DNA from: an uncultured Phycisphaerales bacterium
Lineage (GTDB): Bacteria; Planctomycetota; Phycisphaerae; Sedimentisphaerales; Anaerobacaceae
Assembly: GCA_963718665.1 (NCBI GenBank)
Contig: OY970359.1
Location: forward strand, 128,001-192,000
Reading direction: 5' to 3'
Length of the DNA: 64,000 nucleotides
Each line of letters opens with the position of its first letter. Positions within the stretch are counted from its first letter, which is position 1. The position numbers were made by a program, and so were the translations under genes. Of the stretch, positions 1-8,799 are shown in pieces. The notes beneath the pieces were generated by a model. The model did not search any database and was not told where the DNA came from. It saw only the letters and a list, made by a program, of their open reading frames with translations.

Positions 1-788
1 TGAAGAATTCTCATCGCCTCGATATGGTCGTAAGCCAGAATCGCCGTCGCGTGATGTTTCATTATCGAAGAAGCCAGAAAGGCGGTCGCGGAACTAAACG
101 CCTTGTCATGGTCTTTCACCGGCTCAAGCCCCCGCATTTTCAATTCAGAAAGGTATGTGTTATGCCTATCGGTGATACTTCTATGCTTATAGTGCTCACT
201 GGTGGGGCCTGCGTAAGCTATCCGGGTATGGCCAAGCTCGGCGAGGTGACGCATAGCCAGCCGTGTTCCCTCAATATCATCGGGGAAAACTAACGAGCAC
301 CTCGGCCCCCCGACGCCGTTGATAACCACATAGGGAATATTGTTCCTTTCCAGCACTTCGATAGTTTCAGGGGAACATTGCTGAAGGACAATCGCCCCAT
401 CGACCTTCCAGGGGGGCAGTTCGCAGCGGTCCTTCGCCAGATTAGGGATGGACATACAAACATCATATTCACCCGAGTCCGAGTGCAGCTCACGAACGCA
501 GGACTCGACTATGGTTTGATAAATGTTTCCCGGCCAGCCCAAGGCGACGTCGCAACCGAGAATGGCGATTACGCTGGTTTTTTGCCGAACAAGATTTTTT
601 GCCGCCAGGTTTGGCCGATATCCGAGAGAGTTGGCCATATCGATAATACGCTGATGAACCTCCGGCCTGACGGTAAAACCGTGCTTGTAATTACTGTTTA
701 ATACCCGGCTGACGGTGGCCTGGCTTACGCCGCAATGAGCGGCTATCTCTTTTATTGTAGGTGCACCATTGGACTGAGTTATAGCCAT
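1..788 (-). CDS. LacI-family transcriptional regulator, 3' end beyond the window edge (absent from the ORF track)
   Basis: Manual translation MAITQSNGAPTIKEIAAHCGVSQATVSRVLN...LGYRPNLAAKNL...DDIEGTRLAMRHLAELGHTRIAY shows the LacI HTH, hinge and sugar-binding domain; GAGAGG RBS upstream. Confidence 0.9.
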   Translation of the reverse strand, partial: MAITQSNGAPTIKEIAAHCGVSQATVSRVLNSNYKHGFTVRPEVHQRIIDMANSLGYRPNLAAKNLVRQKTSVIAILGCDVALGWPGNIYQTIVESCVRELHSDSGEYDVCMSIPNLAKDRCELPPWKVDGAIVLQQCSPETIEVLERNNIPYVVINGVGGPRCSLVFPDDIEGTRLAMRHLAELGHTRIAYAGPTSEHYKHRSITDRHNTYLSELKMRGLEPVKDHDKAFSSATAFLASSIMKHHATAILAYDHIEAMRIL

Positions 789-860
789 CGATATACGTTT
801 CCTCTCAATCTTCCTTATTATGAACTATGATAGCCAAAAATGCAAGAGATACTAGTACTA

Positions 861-895
861 ATTTCGGATTTCGGATTGGCAATTGGGGAATGGGT
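861..895 (+). repeat. Degenerate 7-nt tandem array
   Basis: ATTTCGG ATTTCGG ATTGGCA ATTGGGG AATGGGT. Confidence 0.7.
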
Positions 896-1058
896 CCCCT
901 GTGCCAAGTCAGGTAAGCAGCACTCGGGGATGATGCTGCGCATCAATTTAGGAATGCGGAAAAACTCTTGCTTTTATTGCCGGTTTGACGATACACCAAC
1001 CTTTTAAGGCCGGAATGCTATTTTGGAAATAAGTATGGTATCCTCGGATTCCCCCATA

Positions 1059-1457
1059 TTACTTTTTGCTTCGATTCTTAATGATTTGCATACTCTGATT
1101 AAATATCCTTTTTGATTTGATACGGCTATAGTAATATGCGATTATAAAAACGATTATACAAAATACGATAGAGAATGCTGCCCCACAACGGTCAATGCCA
1201 AAATCATTCCAGCTTAACGGCCATAAAGCATTAACGATTTGCAGAGCAAATGACAGAATCAATAAAACTAAACCTATTTTAGTGTCTACGGATTGTTTTG
1301 TGAGGATTTTAATTGACTCTTCATTATTATAATCAAGGTGTGGAATACTAATTTCAGCAATTGCTTTGGGTGATAGGCCCAAATTTACTTTTACTAAAAA
1401 GTAGGATGCTTCAAGCGTTAAAATCATCGATGTCCATTGAATAAAGGTTCTAATCAT
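1059..1457 (-). CDS. AT-rich hypothetical membrane protein
   Basis: 132-aa ORF with about three hydrophobic segments, visibly more AT-rich than neighbours, GGAG RBS. Confidence 0.7.
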   Translation of the reverse strand: MIRTFIQWTSMILTLEASYFLVKVNLGLSPKAIAEISIPHLDYNNEESIKILTKQSVDTKIGLVLLILSFALQIVNALWPLSWNDFGIDRCGAAFSIVFCIIVFIIAYYYSRIKSKRIFNQSMQIIKNRSKK

Positions 1458-1573
1458 TTAGGTTCTCCGCATACCTTAAAGGATTAACACTGGTTATCTT
1501 GTTCCATCCTTAATTACGAACAAATAATAACTATATTCCGCCCGGAATTCAAGAGCAGATTTCGTCGTTCGTC

Positions 1574-1690
1574 CCGCCTGCGGTGAATAAACCACACCTA
1601 CGGCGGGTAAACCAGAGCACAAAATGTCCAATATCTAACACCCAATAACTAATCCGCCTGCGGCGGGTAAATATCGAACGTTGAAAAAAT
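1574..1690 (+). repeat. Three copies of a CCGCC-TGC-GGCGG mini-palindrome (two degenerate) interleaved with a 7-nt array
   Basis: CCGCCTGCGGTGAATAAAC, CACCTACGGCGGGTAAAC, CCGCCTGCGGCGGGTAAA; array AATGTCC AATATCT AACACCC AATAACT AATCCGC at 1623-1657. Confidence 0.65.
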
Positions 1691-1693
1691 AAA

Positions 1694-2830
1694 TTACAAC
1701 CCGTGGAGGGGGAAGAGGGTGGATTTGAGGGTATCGAGGGTGGCGGTGAGGGCGGGCATAACGGCGTCGCGCTGCTGGGCATTAACGGGAAGCTCTCTAT
1801 CGCGCAGGCCGCCGTGCCATTCGGTGGTCTGGAGCATAATTCCGCCCATAAGCATATTGGCGTCAAGCTCGGAGTCGGCGCCGCAGAGCGCGGACCATGC
1901 AAGCGCCCAGGCGCGGACGGTATTTGCGACGTTATAGCCGCCACCGCCTGTCATAAGGATGGGCTTTTTGAAGGCAAGCAGGTTATGAATGATTTCGGAG
2001 TAAACATTGTTTGTCAGGCGGAGATTGGCGAGCGGGTCGCCCGCGAGGGCATCTGCGCCAAGCTCGAAGACGAATACGTCGGGCTTGAATGCGCCGATTA
2101 AGGGCAGTACCACTTCTTTGATTGCGAGCATATATGCCTCGTCGTAGGTACCGATGGGCAGCGGGATGTTGACGCAGTAACCCTTACCTTTGCCTTTGCC
2201 GATTTCATTTTCGAAGCCGGTGCCGGGGAAAAGGGTCCTGGGGTTCTGGTGGAGTGAAATTGTCATTACATCGGAGCGCTGGTAAAAAAAGGCAGTGACA
2301 CCGTCGCCGCAATGAACATCGACATCGAGGTAGAGGACTTTTTTGCCCTGCTCGGCGAGGATTTCGCAGGCAAGGGCAACATCGTTTATGTAGCAAAAGC
2401 CCGCGGCAAGCTCGGGGTGGGCGTGATGAAAGCCGCCCGAAGGATTGAAGGCGACGCCTGCCTTGCCGTCGAGGATGAGCTGTGCGGCCGTAATAGTCGC
2501 TCCCACGGCCAACACCGCATACTCATATACTCCCTTGAAAACCGGGCAATCGGTCGTTCCGAGACCCATATTGAGGGCTTCGTAATTCCATTGGCCCTTT
2601 GAGGCATTCTGGAGAGCATGCAGATAGCGGGCGGTATGGAATTTCTTGAGGACGATTCGGTCGGCGGGCTCGGGCGGGACCTCGATTCTATCCGGCGCGG
2701 CGAGCAGGCCCATTGAGTTTACGACTTCGCGTGTTTTTTTTGCCCGCGTCGTATTAAAAGGATGCTCCGGCGGATAGGAAATTTCTTCAAGCCGGGGCGA
2801 ATAAATAAAGGCAGCGGGTTTATCGCTCAC
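1694..2830 (-). CDS. acuC: Zn-dependent HDAC-family deacetylase (AcuC-like)
   Basis: GGFHHA, GFCYIND, DVDVHCGDG, GADALAGDPL and GGGGY motifs. Confidence 0.88.
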   Translation of the reverse strand: MSDKPAAFIYSPRLEEISYPPEHPFNTTRAKKTREVVNSMGLLAAPDRIEVPPEPADRIVLKKFHTARYLHALQNASKGQWNYEALNMGLGTTDCPVFKGVYEYAVLAVGATITAAQLILDGKAGVAFNPSGGFHHAHPELAAGFCYINDVALACEILAEQGKKVLYLDVDVHCGDGVTAFFYQRSDVMTISLHQNPRTLFPGTGFENEIGKGKGKGYCVNIPLPIGTYDEAYMLAIKEVVLPLIGAFKPDVFVFELGADALAGDPLANLRLTNNVYSEIIHNLLAFKKPILMTGGGGYNVANTVRAWALAWSALCGADSELDANMLMGGIMLQTTEWHGGLRDRELPVNAQQRDAVMPALTATLDTLKSTLFPLHGL

Positions 2831-2845
2831 AATCAGGTTCTCCCG

Positions 2846-4708
2846 TCAGGCAAGGTCATAGGATATGTTGTAAACCTCGCCGTCGAAAGTAGTGTTGACC
2901 TTGTAGCCGGAGTTATGGAATATGGCGAGCATCGGTTTGTTGCTCGGCATAACTTTTGCGAAGAACCGCCTGACGCCCCTCTGTTTGGCAATTTTACAAA
3001 TATAATCGAGCAGGTAGGTGCCCATTCCTTTTTGCTGCCATTCGTCGTGAACGATGAAGGCGACTTCGGCGGACTGAGTTTTGGGGTCGAGGAAGTACTG
3101 AGCCATAGCGACGATGTGCTCGTCGCCTGAAGGGCCGGGGACAACGCCGACGATAGCGACATCCTTCTGGTAGTTGATGTTGGTAAGCTGCTGGACGTCC
3201 TTGTGGGGGAAGGTCATAGTGTGGGTCATATATCTTGTCTGGACGGATTTTTCGCTGAGGGAGTAAAGCATTTCGGCCAGCTCGTGCTCGTCGTTGGGCT
3301 TGACGGGCCTGAAGAAAATTTCGGTGCCGTCGCGGAGGGTGTCATAGCGTTCCAGCTCGGCGGGATACCTGACTTTGTCCCAATCAAGCTCAATCTGGTC
3401 GGCGTAGATGTATTTGTGTGTCTTGGCGGCCTGGATAAGCTCGGTTCGGAACTTGGGATGGGCGATATTGATGAGGTCGAGGACCCTTTCGCGGATAGAT
3501 TTGCCGTGAAGATAGGCGATGCCGTATTCAGTAACGACGTAATGGACGTCGCCGCGGGTGGTAACAACGCCAGCACCTTCGGCGAGATGGGGGACTATTC
3601 TGCTGACTTCTCCGGAGCGGGCAGTAGAGGGCATAGCGATAATGGCTTTACCTCCCCTGCTTTTGGCGGCGCCTCTGGTGAAGTCAACCTGTCCGCCGAT
3701 GCCGCTGTAGAAGCGATAGCCGAGGGAATCGGAGCAGACCTGGCCTGTGAGGTCAACTTCAAGAGCGACGTTGATGGCAATCATTTTTTCGTTCTGACTG
3801 ATGAGGTGGGGGTCATTGACATATTCGGAGGGGTAAAACTCAAAGAAGGGGTTGTTGTTGATGTATTCGTAAAGGCGTTTGGTGCCCATGCAGAAACTGG
3901 CGACGATTTTGCCGTGGTTGACGGTTTTTTTGGCGCAGGTAATCGCGCCGCATTCGATGAGGTCGATAATCCAGTCGCTGAACATTTCGGTGTGGATGCC
4001 GAGGTCTTTTTTATCTTTGAGATATTCCGCGAGCGTCTGGGGGATTCGTCCGATGCCGCATTCGATAGTAGAGCCGTCTTCGACGAGGCGGGCGATATTT
4101 TCGCCGATGCGCCGCATAACGTCGTCTGTTTCGGGGACGGTGATTTCGAAGACATCCTCGTCGAAGGGGACAAGGCAATCAATGTTATTGACGTGGATAA
4201 AGGAATCGCCGAAAGTTCTTGGCATACGGGAGTTGACCTGCGCGAGGACGTATTTGGCGTTGGATGCGGCGGATTTGACGATATCGACGGAGACGCCGAG
4301 GGAGCAGAGTCCGTTGACGTCAGGCGGCGTAACAGATATAAGCGCGACGTCGAGAGGAATCCTGCCGCTTTCGAATTCGTTGGGGATTTCGGAAAGAAAG
4401 ATAGGAGAATAATCACCGATGCCTTTGCTGAACGCTTCGCGGACGTTGTCGGCGATGAAGAACGAGTTCATTTTGAATTTTTCGCGGAATTTTTCGTTGG
4501 CATAGGGAGCGTTGCCCATAGTAAGGAGGTGAACGATATGCGCGTCGTAGATATGGGCGGAATACTCAACGAGCGCGGCGACCAAATGCTGCGGCTGGGC
4601 GCAGGCGGTGCCAATGAAGATGTTGTCGCCTGACTTGACGAGCTTCATCGCGGTTTCTGCGGTTGTTACTTTTGATTTGTATTTTTCTTTCCAGTCGAAA
4701 TCAGCCAT
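2846..4708 (-). CDS. Acetyl-CoA hydrolase/CoA-transferase fused to a C-terminal GNAT acetyltransferase
   Basis: GIHTEMFSD, SGIGGQVDF, YVVTEYG motifs; C-terminal AEVAFIVHDEWQQKGMGT GNAT motif A. Confidence 0.9.
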   Translation of the reverse strand: MADFDWKEKYKSKVTTAETAMKLVKSGDNIFIGTACAQPQHLVAALVEYSAHIYDAHIVHLLTMGNAPYANEKFREKFKMNSFFIADNVREAFSKGIGDYSPIFLSEIPNEFESGRIPLDVALISVTPPDVNGLCSLGVSVDIVKSAASNAKYVLAQVNSRMPRTFGDSFIHVNNIDCLVPFDEDVFEITVPETDDVMRRIGENIARLVEDGSTIECGIGRIPQTLAEYLKDKKDLGIHTEMFSDWIIDLIECGAITCAKKTVNHGKIVASFCMGTKRLYEYINNNPFFEFYPSEYVNDPHLISQNEKMIAINVALEVDLTGQVCSDSLGYRFYSGIGGQVDFTRGAAKSRGGKAIIAMPSTARSGEVSRIVPHLAEGAGVVTTRGDVHYVVTEYGIAYLHGKSIRERVLDLINIAHPKFRTELIQAAKTHKYIYADQIELDWDKVRYPAELERYDTLRDGTEIFFRPVKPNDEHELAEMLYSLSEKSVQTRYMTHTMTFPHKDVQQLTNINYQKDVAIVGVVPGPSGDEHIVAMAQYFLDPKTQSAEVAFIVHDEWQQKGMGTYLLDYICKIAKQRGVRRFFAKVMPSNKPMLAIFHNSGYKVNTTFDGEVYNISYDLA

Positions 4709-4724
4709 AATAAATTTTCCTGTT

Positions 4725-6824
4725 TTAAGCTTTTTCCACCCTTATCCTTGCATCGACGGCGACGGGAGTTGTACCCGCCGGCCCGACCATAAAGGGATTG
4801 ATGTCCATTTCCTGAATTTCGGGGAATTCGGTGACAAGCTGTGAGAGGCGCTGCAGGGCTTCAGCGACGGCGGCGATATCAACGCCCTTCTGTCCCCTTG
4901 CGCCGGTAAGCATTTTATAAGTTCTTGTGCTGACGAGCATTTGTTTGGCCTCCTCGGCGGTAAGCGGCGCGAGATAGAATGCTACGTCGTGCATAACCTC
5001 GACCATAGTACCGCCCATGCCGAACATCATAAGGGGGCCGAAATGCGGGTCGCGGTTCATACCGAGGATAAGCTCTTTGCCGCCGCCGCACATTTGCTGG
5101 ACAAGGACGCCGAGAATTTTGGCGTTGGGGAGTTTTTTGGGGATTCTGAACATCATGAGGTCGAAGGCGTCCATAACCTCCTGGGCGTTTTCGAGGTGGA
5201 CTTTGACGCCGCCGACGTCTGATTTGTGAATGATGTCGGGAGACCATATTTTGAGGACGACGGGATAGCCGAACTGGTCGGCGATGTTTGCTGCCTGGAC
5301 GGCGGTATTCGCGACGGCGTCCTTGGGTGTTACGAAGCCGTAGGCCTCGAGAACTTCCTTCGATTCGGCTTCGCCAATCTGACGGGTTCCCTGCCTTAGA
5401 TTTCTCTGAAGGATGGTTTCAACTTTGTGGCGATTGACGGAGAAGAGTTTGACGATACGTTTCGGTCTTGCCTTCCAGCGGACGTAATCAACCATAACCT
5501 TGATGGTGAGAACGGCGGCCTCGGGGGAATCGTACTGCGGAATTTTGTTATCCCTGAGAATGACGTTTCCTTTGGCGACTTTTTCTGCGCCGAGGAAACA
5601 GGCGAAGACGGGTTTGCCGGATTTTTTCTTCAGGACATTGACAATAGCTTCAGCAGTTCCTGTGGCGTCGGTCATTGCCTGCGGCGTAAGGAGTATCAAC
5701 ACCGCATCAACATTGGGGTCGTCGAGGACGACGCCAATGGCAAATTCATAACGGTCGGGGAGAGCATCGCCGAGGACATCAATGGGATTGTGGAAATTGG
5801 CCGCGGCGGGAAGCTTTGCGGCGAGGCGTTTTTGGGTTTGGTCGGTTAATTTCGCGAAGGTGAGCTGTTGTTTTTCAATGGCGTCGGCGGCCATAATACC
5901 TGCGCCGCCCGCATTGGTGATAACTGCAACCGAGGCGCCTTTTGGAAGCGGCTGATAAGCAAAACCCTGGGCAAAATCGAACTGTGATTTGATTGAGAAG
6001 CAGCGAATGACGCCCGCCCTTTCGAAGACAGCTTCGTAGGCGGTTTCACTGCCTGCAAGCGAGCCGGTATGCGAGGAGGCGGCTTTTGCGCCCGCGGCGG
6101 TAACGCCTGCCTTCATAAGGAGGATGGGTTTTTTCTGGGAGATTTGTTCTGCGATGCGAACAAAGGTATTGCCGTCGGTGATATTTTCGAGATAGCCGGC
6201 GATAACCTTGGTATCGGTGTCATTTGCGAAGGCCTCGATGATATCAATTTCATCGACGTCGGCTTTGTTACCTATACTGACGAGCTTGCTGAAGCCGATG
6301 CCGTTGGCGTTTGCCATATCGAGAATGGCAGCGAGCAGGGCGCCGGACTGCGACATATAGCCGGTAGAGCCAACGACGGGCAGCGTGCCGCCGAAACTTG
6401 CGTTGAGTTTGCTGGCAGGAACGATGAGGCCGAGGCAATTGGGACCGATGATTCGTATTCCGGCTTGTCTTGCAATCTGGAGGATTTGTTGTTCGAGCTT
6501 TCGGCCTTCCTCGCCGATTTCCTTGAAGCCGGCGGTTATTACAATCACGGCTTTTATGCCGAGGGTGGCGCACTCCTGCATAACAACGGCGACGCCCTTT
6601 GCCGGGACGACGACGATTGCCAAGTCCGGCACCTGGCCAATTGAAGTGAGGGAAGGGTAACACTTAAGCCCCTCGACCTCGTCGGCCTGAGAATTGACGG
6701 GATAGATCGTTCCGGGGAAGCCGGCGTCAATCATAGACCTGAGGATTTCGTAGCCGACTTTACCTTTTTGGCGTGAGGCACCCACAATAGCAACTGATTT
6801 CGGATTAAAAAATTTATCAAGCAT
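4725..6824 (-). CDS. ADP-forming acetate/acyl-CoA ligase (alpha-beta fusion)
   Basis: PKSVAIVGAS, IIGPNCLG, ASSHTGSLAG (phospho-His), HKSDVGGV, EMDINP motifs. Confidence 0.9.
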   Translation of the reverse strand: MLDKFFNPKSVAIVGASRQKGKVGYEILRSMIDAGFPGTIYPVNSQADEVEGLKCYPSLTSIGQVPDLAIVVVPAKGVAVVMQECATLGIKAVIVITAGFKEIGEEGRKLEQQILQIARQAGIRIIGPNCLGLIVPASKLNASFGGTLPVVGSTGYMSQSGALLAAILDMANANGIGFSKLVSIGNKADVDEIDIIEAFANDTDTKVIAGYLENITDGNTFVRIAEQISQKKPILLMKAGVTAAGAKAASSHTGSLAGSETAYEAVFERAGVIRCFSIKSQFDFAQGFAYQPLPKGASVAVITNAGGAGIMAADAIEKQQLTFAKLTDQTQKRLAAKLPAAANFHNPIDVLGDALPDRYEFAIGVVLDDPNVDAVLILLTPQAMTDATGTAEAIVNVLKKKSGKPVFACFLGAEKVAKGNVILRDNKIPQYDSPEAAVLTIKVMVDYVRWKARPKRIVKLFSVNRHKVETILQRNLRQGTRQIGEAESKEVLEAYGFVTPKDAVANTAVQAANIADQFGYPVVLKIWSPDIIHKSDVGGVKVHLENAQEVMDAFDLMMFRIPKKLPNAKILGVLVQQMCGGGKELILGMNRDPHFGPLMMFGMGGTMVEVMHDVAFYLAPLTAEEAKQMLVSTRTYKMLTGARGQKGVDIAAVAEALQRLSQLVTEFPEIQEMDINPFMVGPAGTTPVAVDARIRVEKA

Positions 6825-6916
6825 AATAATAGTCCACAACAACCTTTCAAGAACCCACCCAGATATTGGCGAGCGGCGAAATGCTCACAACAATAAACAG
6901 CACTGGAAGGGCGTGA

Positions 6917-6945
6917 ATTTTATTAGATATCCTCGGCAAATGCAA
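6917..6945 (-). promoter_or_regulatory. Candidate sigma70 promoter of the acetylation operon
   Basis: TTGCAT-N17-TAAAAT on the minus strand. Confidence 0.45.
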
Positions 6946-7012
6946 GAATTTTCTGCTATGATTTATTGCCTTGTTAATCGCAGGATTAAAACTTTAATAT
7001 AGAGCTGCGGCT

Positions 7013-7375
7013 ATGGAAGAACCGAAGAGATTTGTCGTTCAGAGGCACCAGAAAGAATCGGAGCCAACGCACTGGGATTTGATGCTGGAGCGTGGCGGGA
7101 TTCTGGAAACATATCGGCTGGCTGAGCCGCCTGAAAAATGGGGGAAAGGGACAATCGCGGCGGTGAAGATATTCGACCACCCCCTTAAATTCCTCAGCTA
7201 TGAGGGCAGCGTGAATGAGGGCAAAGGCCGAGTGGAAATAGCCGATTGCGGAACATACCGTCTAATCAAAAAGGACGAAAATCAAAAGCAGATTTCGTTC
7301 GCGGGTAAGCTGCTCAAATGGGAATATCGACTTTGCCTGATTGAAGACAACAGATGGGAGTTGAGGAGCGTTTAA
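7013..7375 (+). CDS. Stand-alone LigD 3'-phosphoesterase-domain protein
   Basis: RFVVQRH...HWDLMLE...DHPLKFLSYEG...GRVEIADCGTY. Confidence 0.8.
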   Translation: MEEPKRFVVQRHQKESEPTHWDLMLERGGILETYRLAEPPEKWGKGTIAAVKIFDHPLKFLSYEGSVNEGKGRVEIADCGTYRLIKKDENQKQISFAGKLLKWEYRLCLIEDNRWELRSV

Positions 7376-8742
7376 CCCGGTTTTTGGGCGATTTTGAGGA
7401 CGGCGTCGATATATTTGGCCGCAGCAGCTTTATCTTTTGCTTCGGCTATGACGCGGACGATGGGTTCGGTGTTGCTTGAGCGGATGTGAATCCAGGCGTC
7501 GGGGAAATCGAAACGGAAGCCGTCTGAAGAGTCAACTTTGGCGTCGGGGAAAAGTTTTTTAACAGCGTCGAGGATGAGTTTGACTTTTGCTTTGTCGGCG
7601 GGGAATTTGTATTTGGTCATTGAGTAGTGCGGTATTTCACCAACAAGTTGGCTAACGGTTTTACCTGTCTGTGCAAGCAACTGGAGGGCGAATGCCATAG
7701 CGACGATGGAATCGCGGATGGGGCCGACGCGGAGGTCGATGACACCGCCGTTGCCTTCGCCGCCGATGATGCAGTTATTTTTGAGCATCGCGGAGGCGAC
7801 GTTTGCCTCGCCGACCGGGGTGCGGATGACGTGCCCCCCTGCTGATTTAGCAATGTCGTCAATCATACGGGAAGTTGAGAGGTTTGCTGCGGCAGAGCCG
7901 GTTTGTTTGCTGAATATAAGTTTGGCGGCAAGAGCCAGGGTATATTCCTCGCCGATGTATGTACCCATCTCATCGACAATCGCAAGGCGGTCAGCGTCGG
8001 GGTCCTGGGCAAAGCCGATGTCGGCGTGAGCGTTTTTGACGGCATCGCAAAGGGATGTAAGATTTTCGGCGGTTGGTTCGGGCGTATGAGCAAACAGGCC
8101 CGTCGGTTCGGTATTTACTGGGGCGATTTTGCAGCCGAGAGCGGTAAGGAGTTTCATGCCCGGTCGCCCCCCTGCTCCATTTACACTGTCGAGGACGATT
8201 TTGAATTGTTTTTTAGCGATTGCCTTTTGGTCAACAATACGAAGGACTTTATCGAGGTGGATATCATCGGCCTGGCTATTTGCGGAGACATTGCCCTGTT
8301 TCAGCGAATCGGCGGAGACAAAATCCTTGTTAAGGAAACGATTTTTGATTTGCTCAGCGACATTGGGAGGCGGCGCCATAGCGTTATCGAGAAGCAATTT
8401 GACGCCGTTATATGGCAAGGGGTTATGAGAAGCGGTAATGATTACGCCGCCAGCACAGGCGAGATGCCTGACCATAATGCCGACGGTAGGTGTGGTGACA
8501 ATACCGAGGTCAATGACGCTAACGCCGACGGACGTAAGGCCTGAGGTTACGGCATCAGCGAGAGATTGCCCGCTGGGCCGAGAGTCGCGGCCCAGGCAGA
8601 CAACTAACTTTTCGATGTTGAGATTGCGCGAGCGCAGGAAAGAGCCAAACGCGCGACCGTAATCGGCAGCGACTTGCGGGGTGAGGTTTTCGCCGACAAT
8701 ACCCCTGAGACCGCTAACGGTAATAATCAGTTCGCGTGCCAT
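7372..8742 (-). CDS. Phosphohexomutase (phosphoglucosamine mutase / phosphomannomutase family)
   Basis: ITASHNP phosphoserine loop, DPDADR metal loop, GGEGNG, RSSNTEP. Confidence 0.9.
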   Translation of the reverse strand: MARELIITVSGLRGIVGENLTPQVAADYGRAFGSFLRSRNLNIEKLVVCLGRDSRPSGQSLADAVTSGLTSVGVSVIDLGIVTTPTVGIMVRHLACAGGVIITASHNPLPYNGVKLLLDNAMAPPPNVAEQIKNRFLNKDFVSADSLKQGNVSANSQADDIHLDKVLRIVDQKAIAKKQFKIVLDSVNGAGGRPGMKLLTALGCKIAPVNTEPTGLFAHTPEPTAENLTSLCDAVKNAHADIGFAQDPDADRLAIVDEMGTYIGEEYTLALAAKLIFSKQTGSAAANLSTSRMIDDIAKSAGGHVIRTPVGEANVASAMLKNNCIIGGEGNGGVIDLRVGPIRDSIVAMAFALQLLAQTGKTVSQLVGEIPHYSMTKYKFPADKAKVKLILDAVKKLFPDAKVDSSDGFRFDFPDAWIHIRSSNTEPIVRVIAEAKDKAAAAKYIDAVLKIAQKPG

Positions 8743-8799
8743 TAACCGCACACCCGTCGAGTCGCTGCCGATTCGTTTCCCATTTCCACGTCTGCGAAG

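Noticed and set aside
1574..1671. CRISPR mini-array
   Set aside because: Repeats are short and degenerate with irregular spacing, and there are no cas genes
3203..4633. 476-aa plus-strand ORF (and similar long antisense ORFs at 7903, 8843, 29503, 57879)
   Set aside because: Shadow frames opposite well-supported genes, with no recognisable motifs
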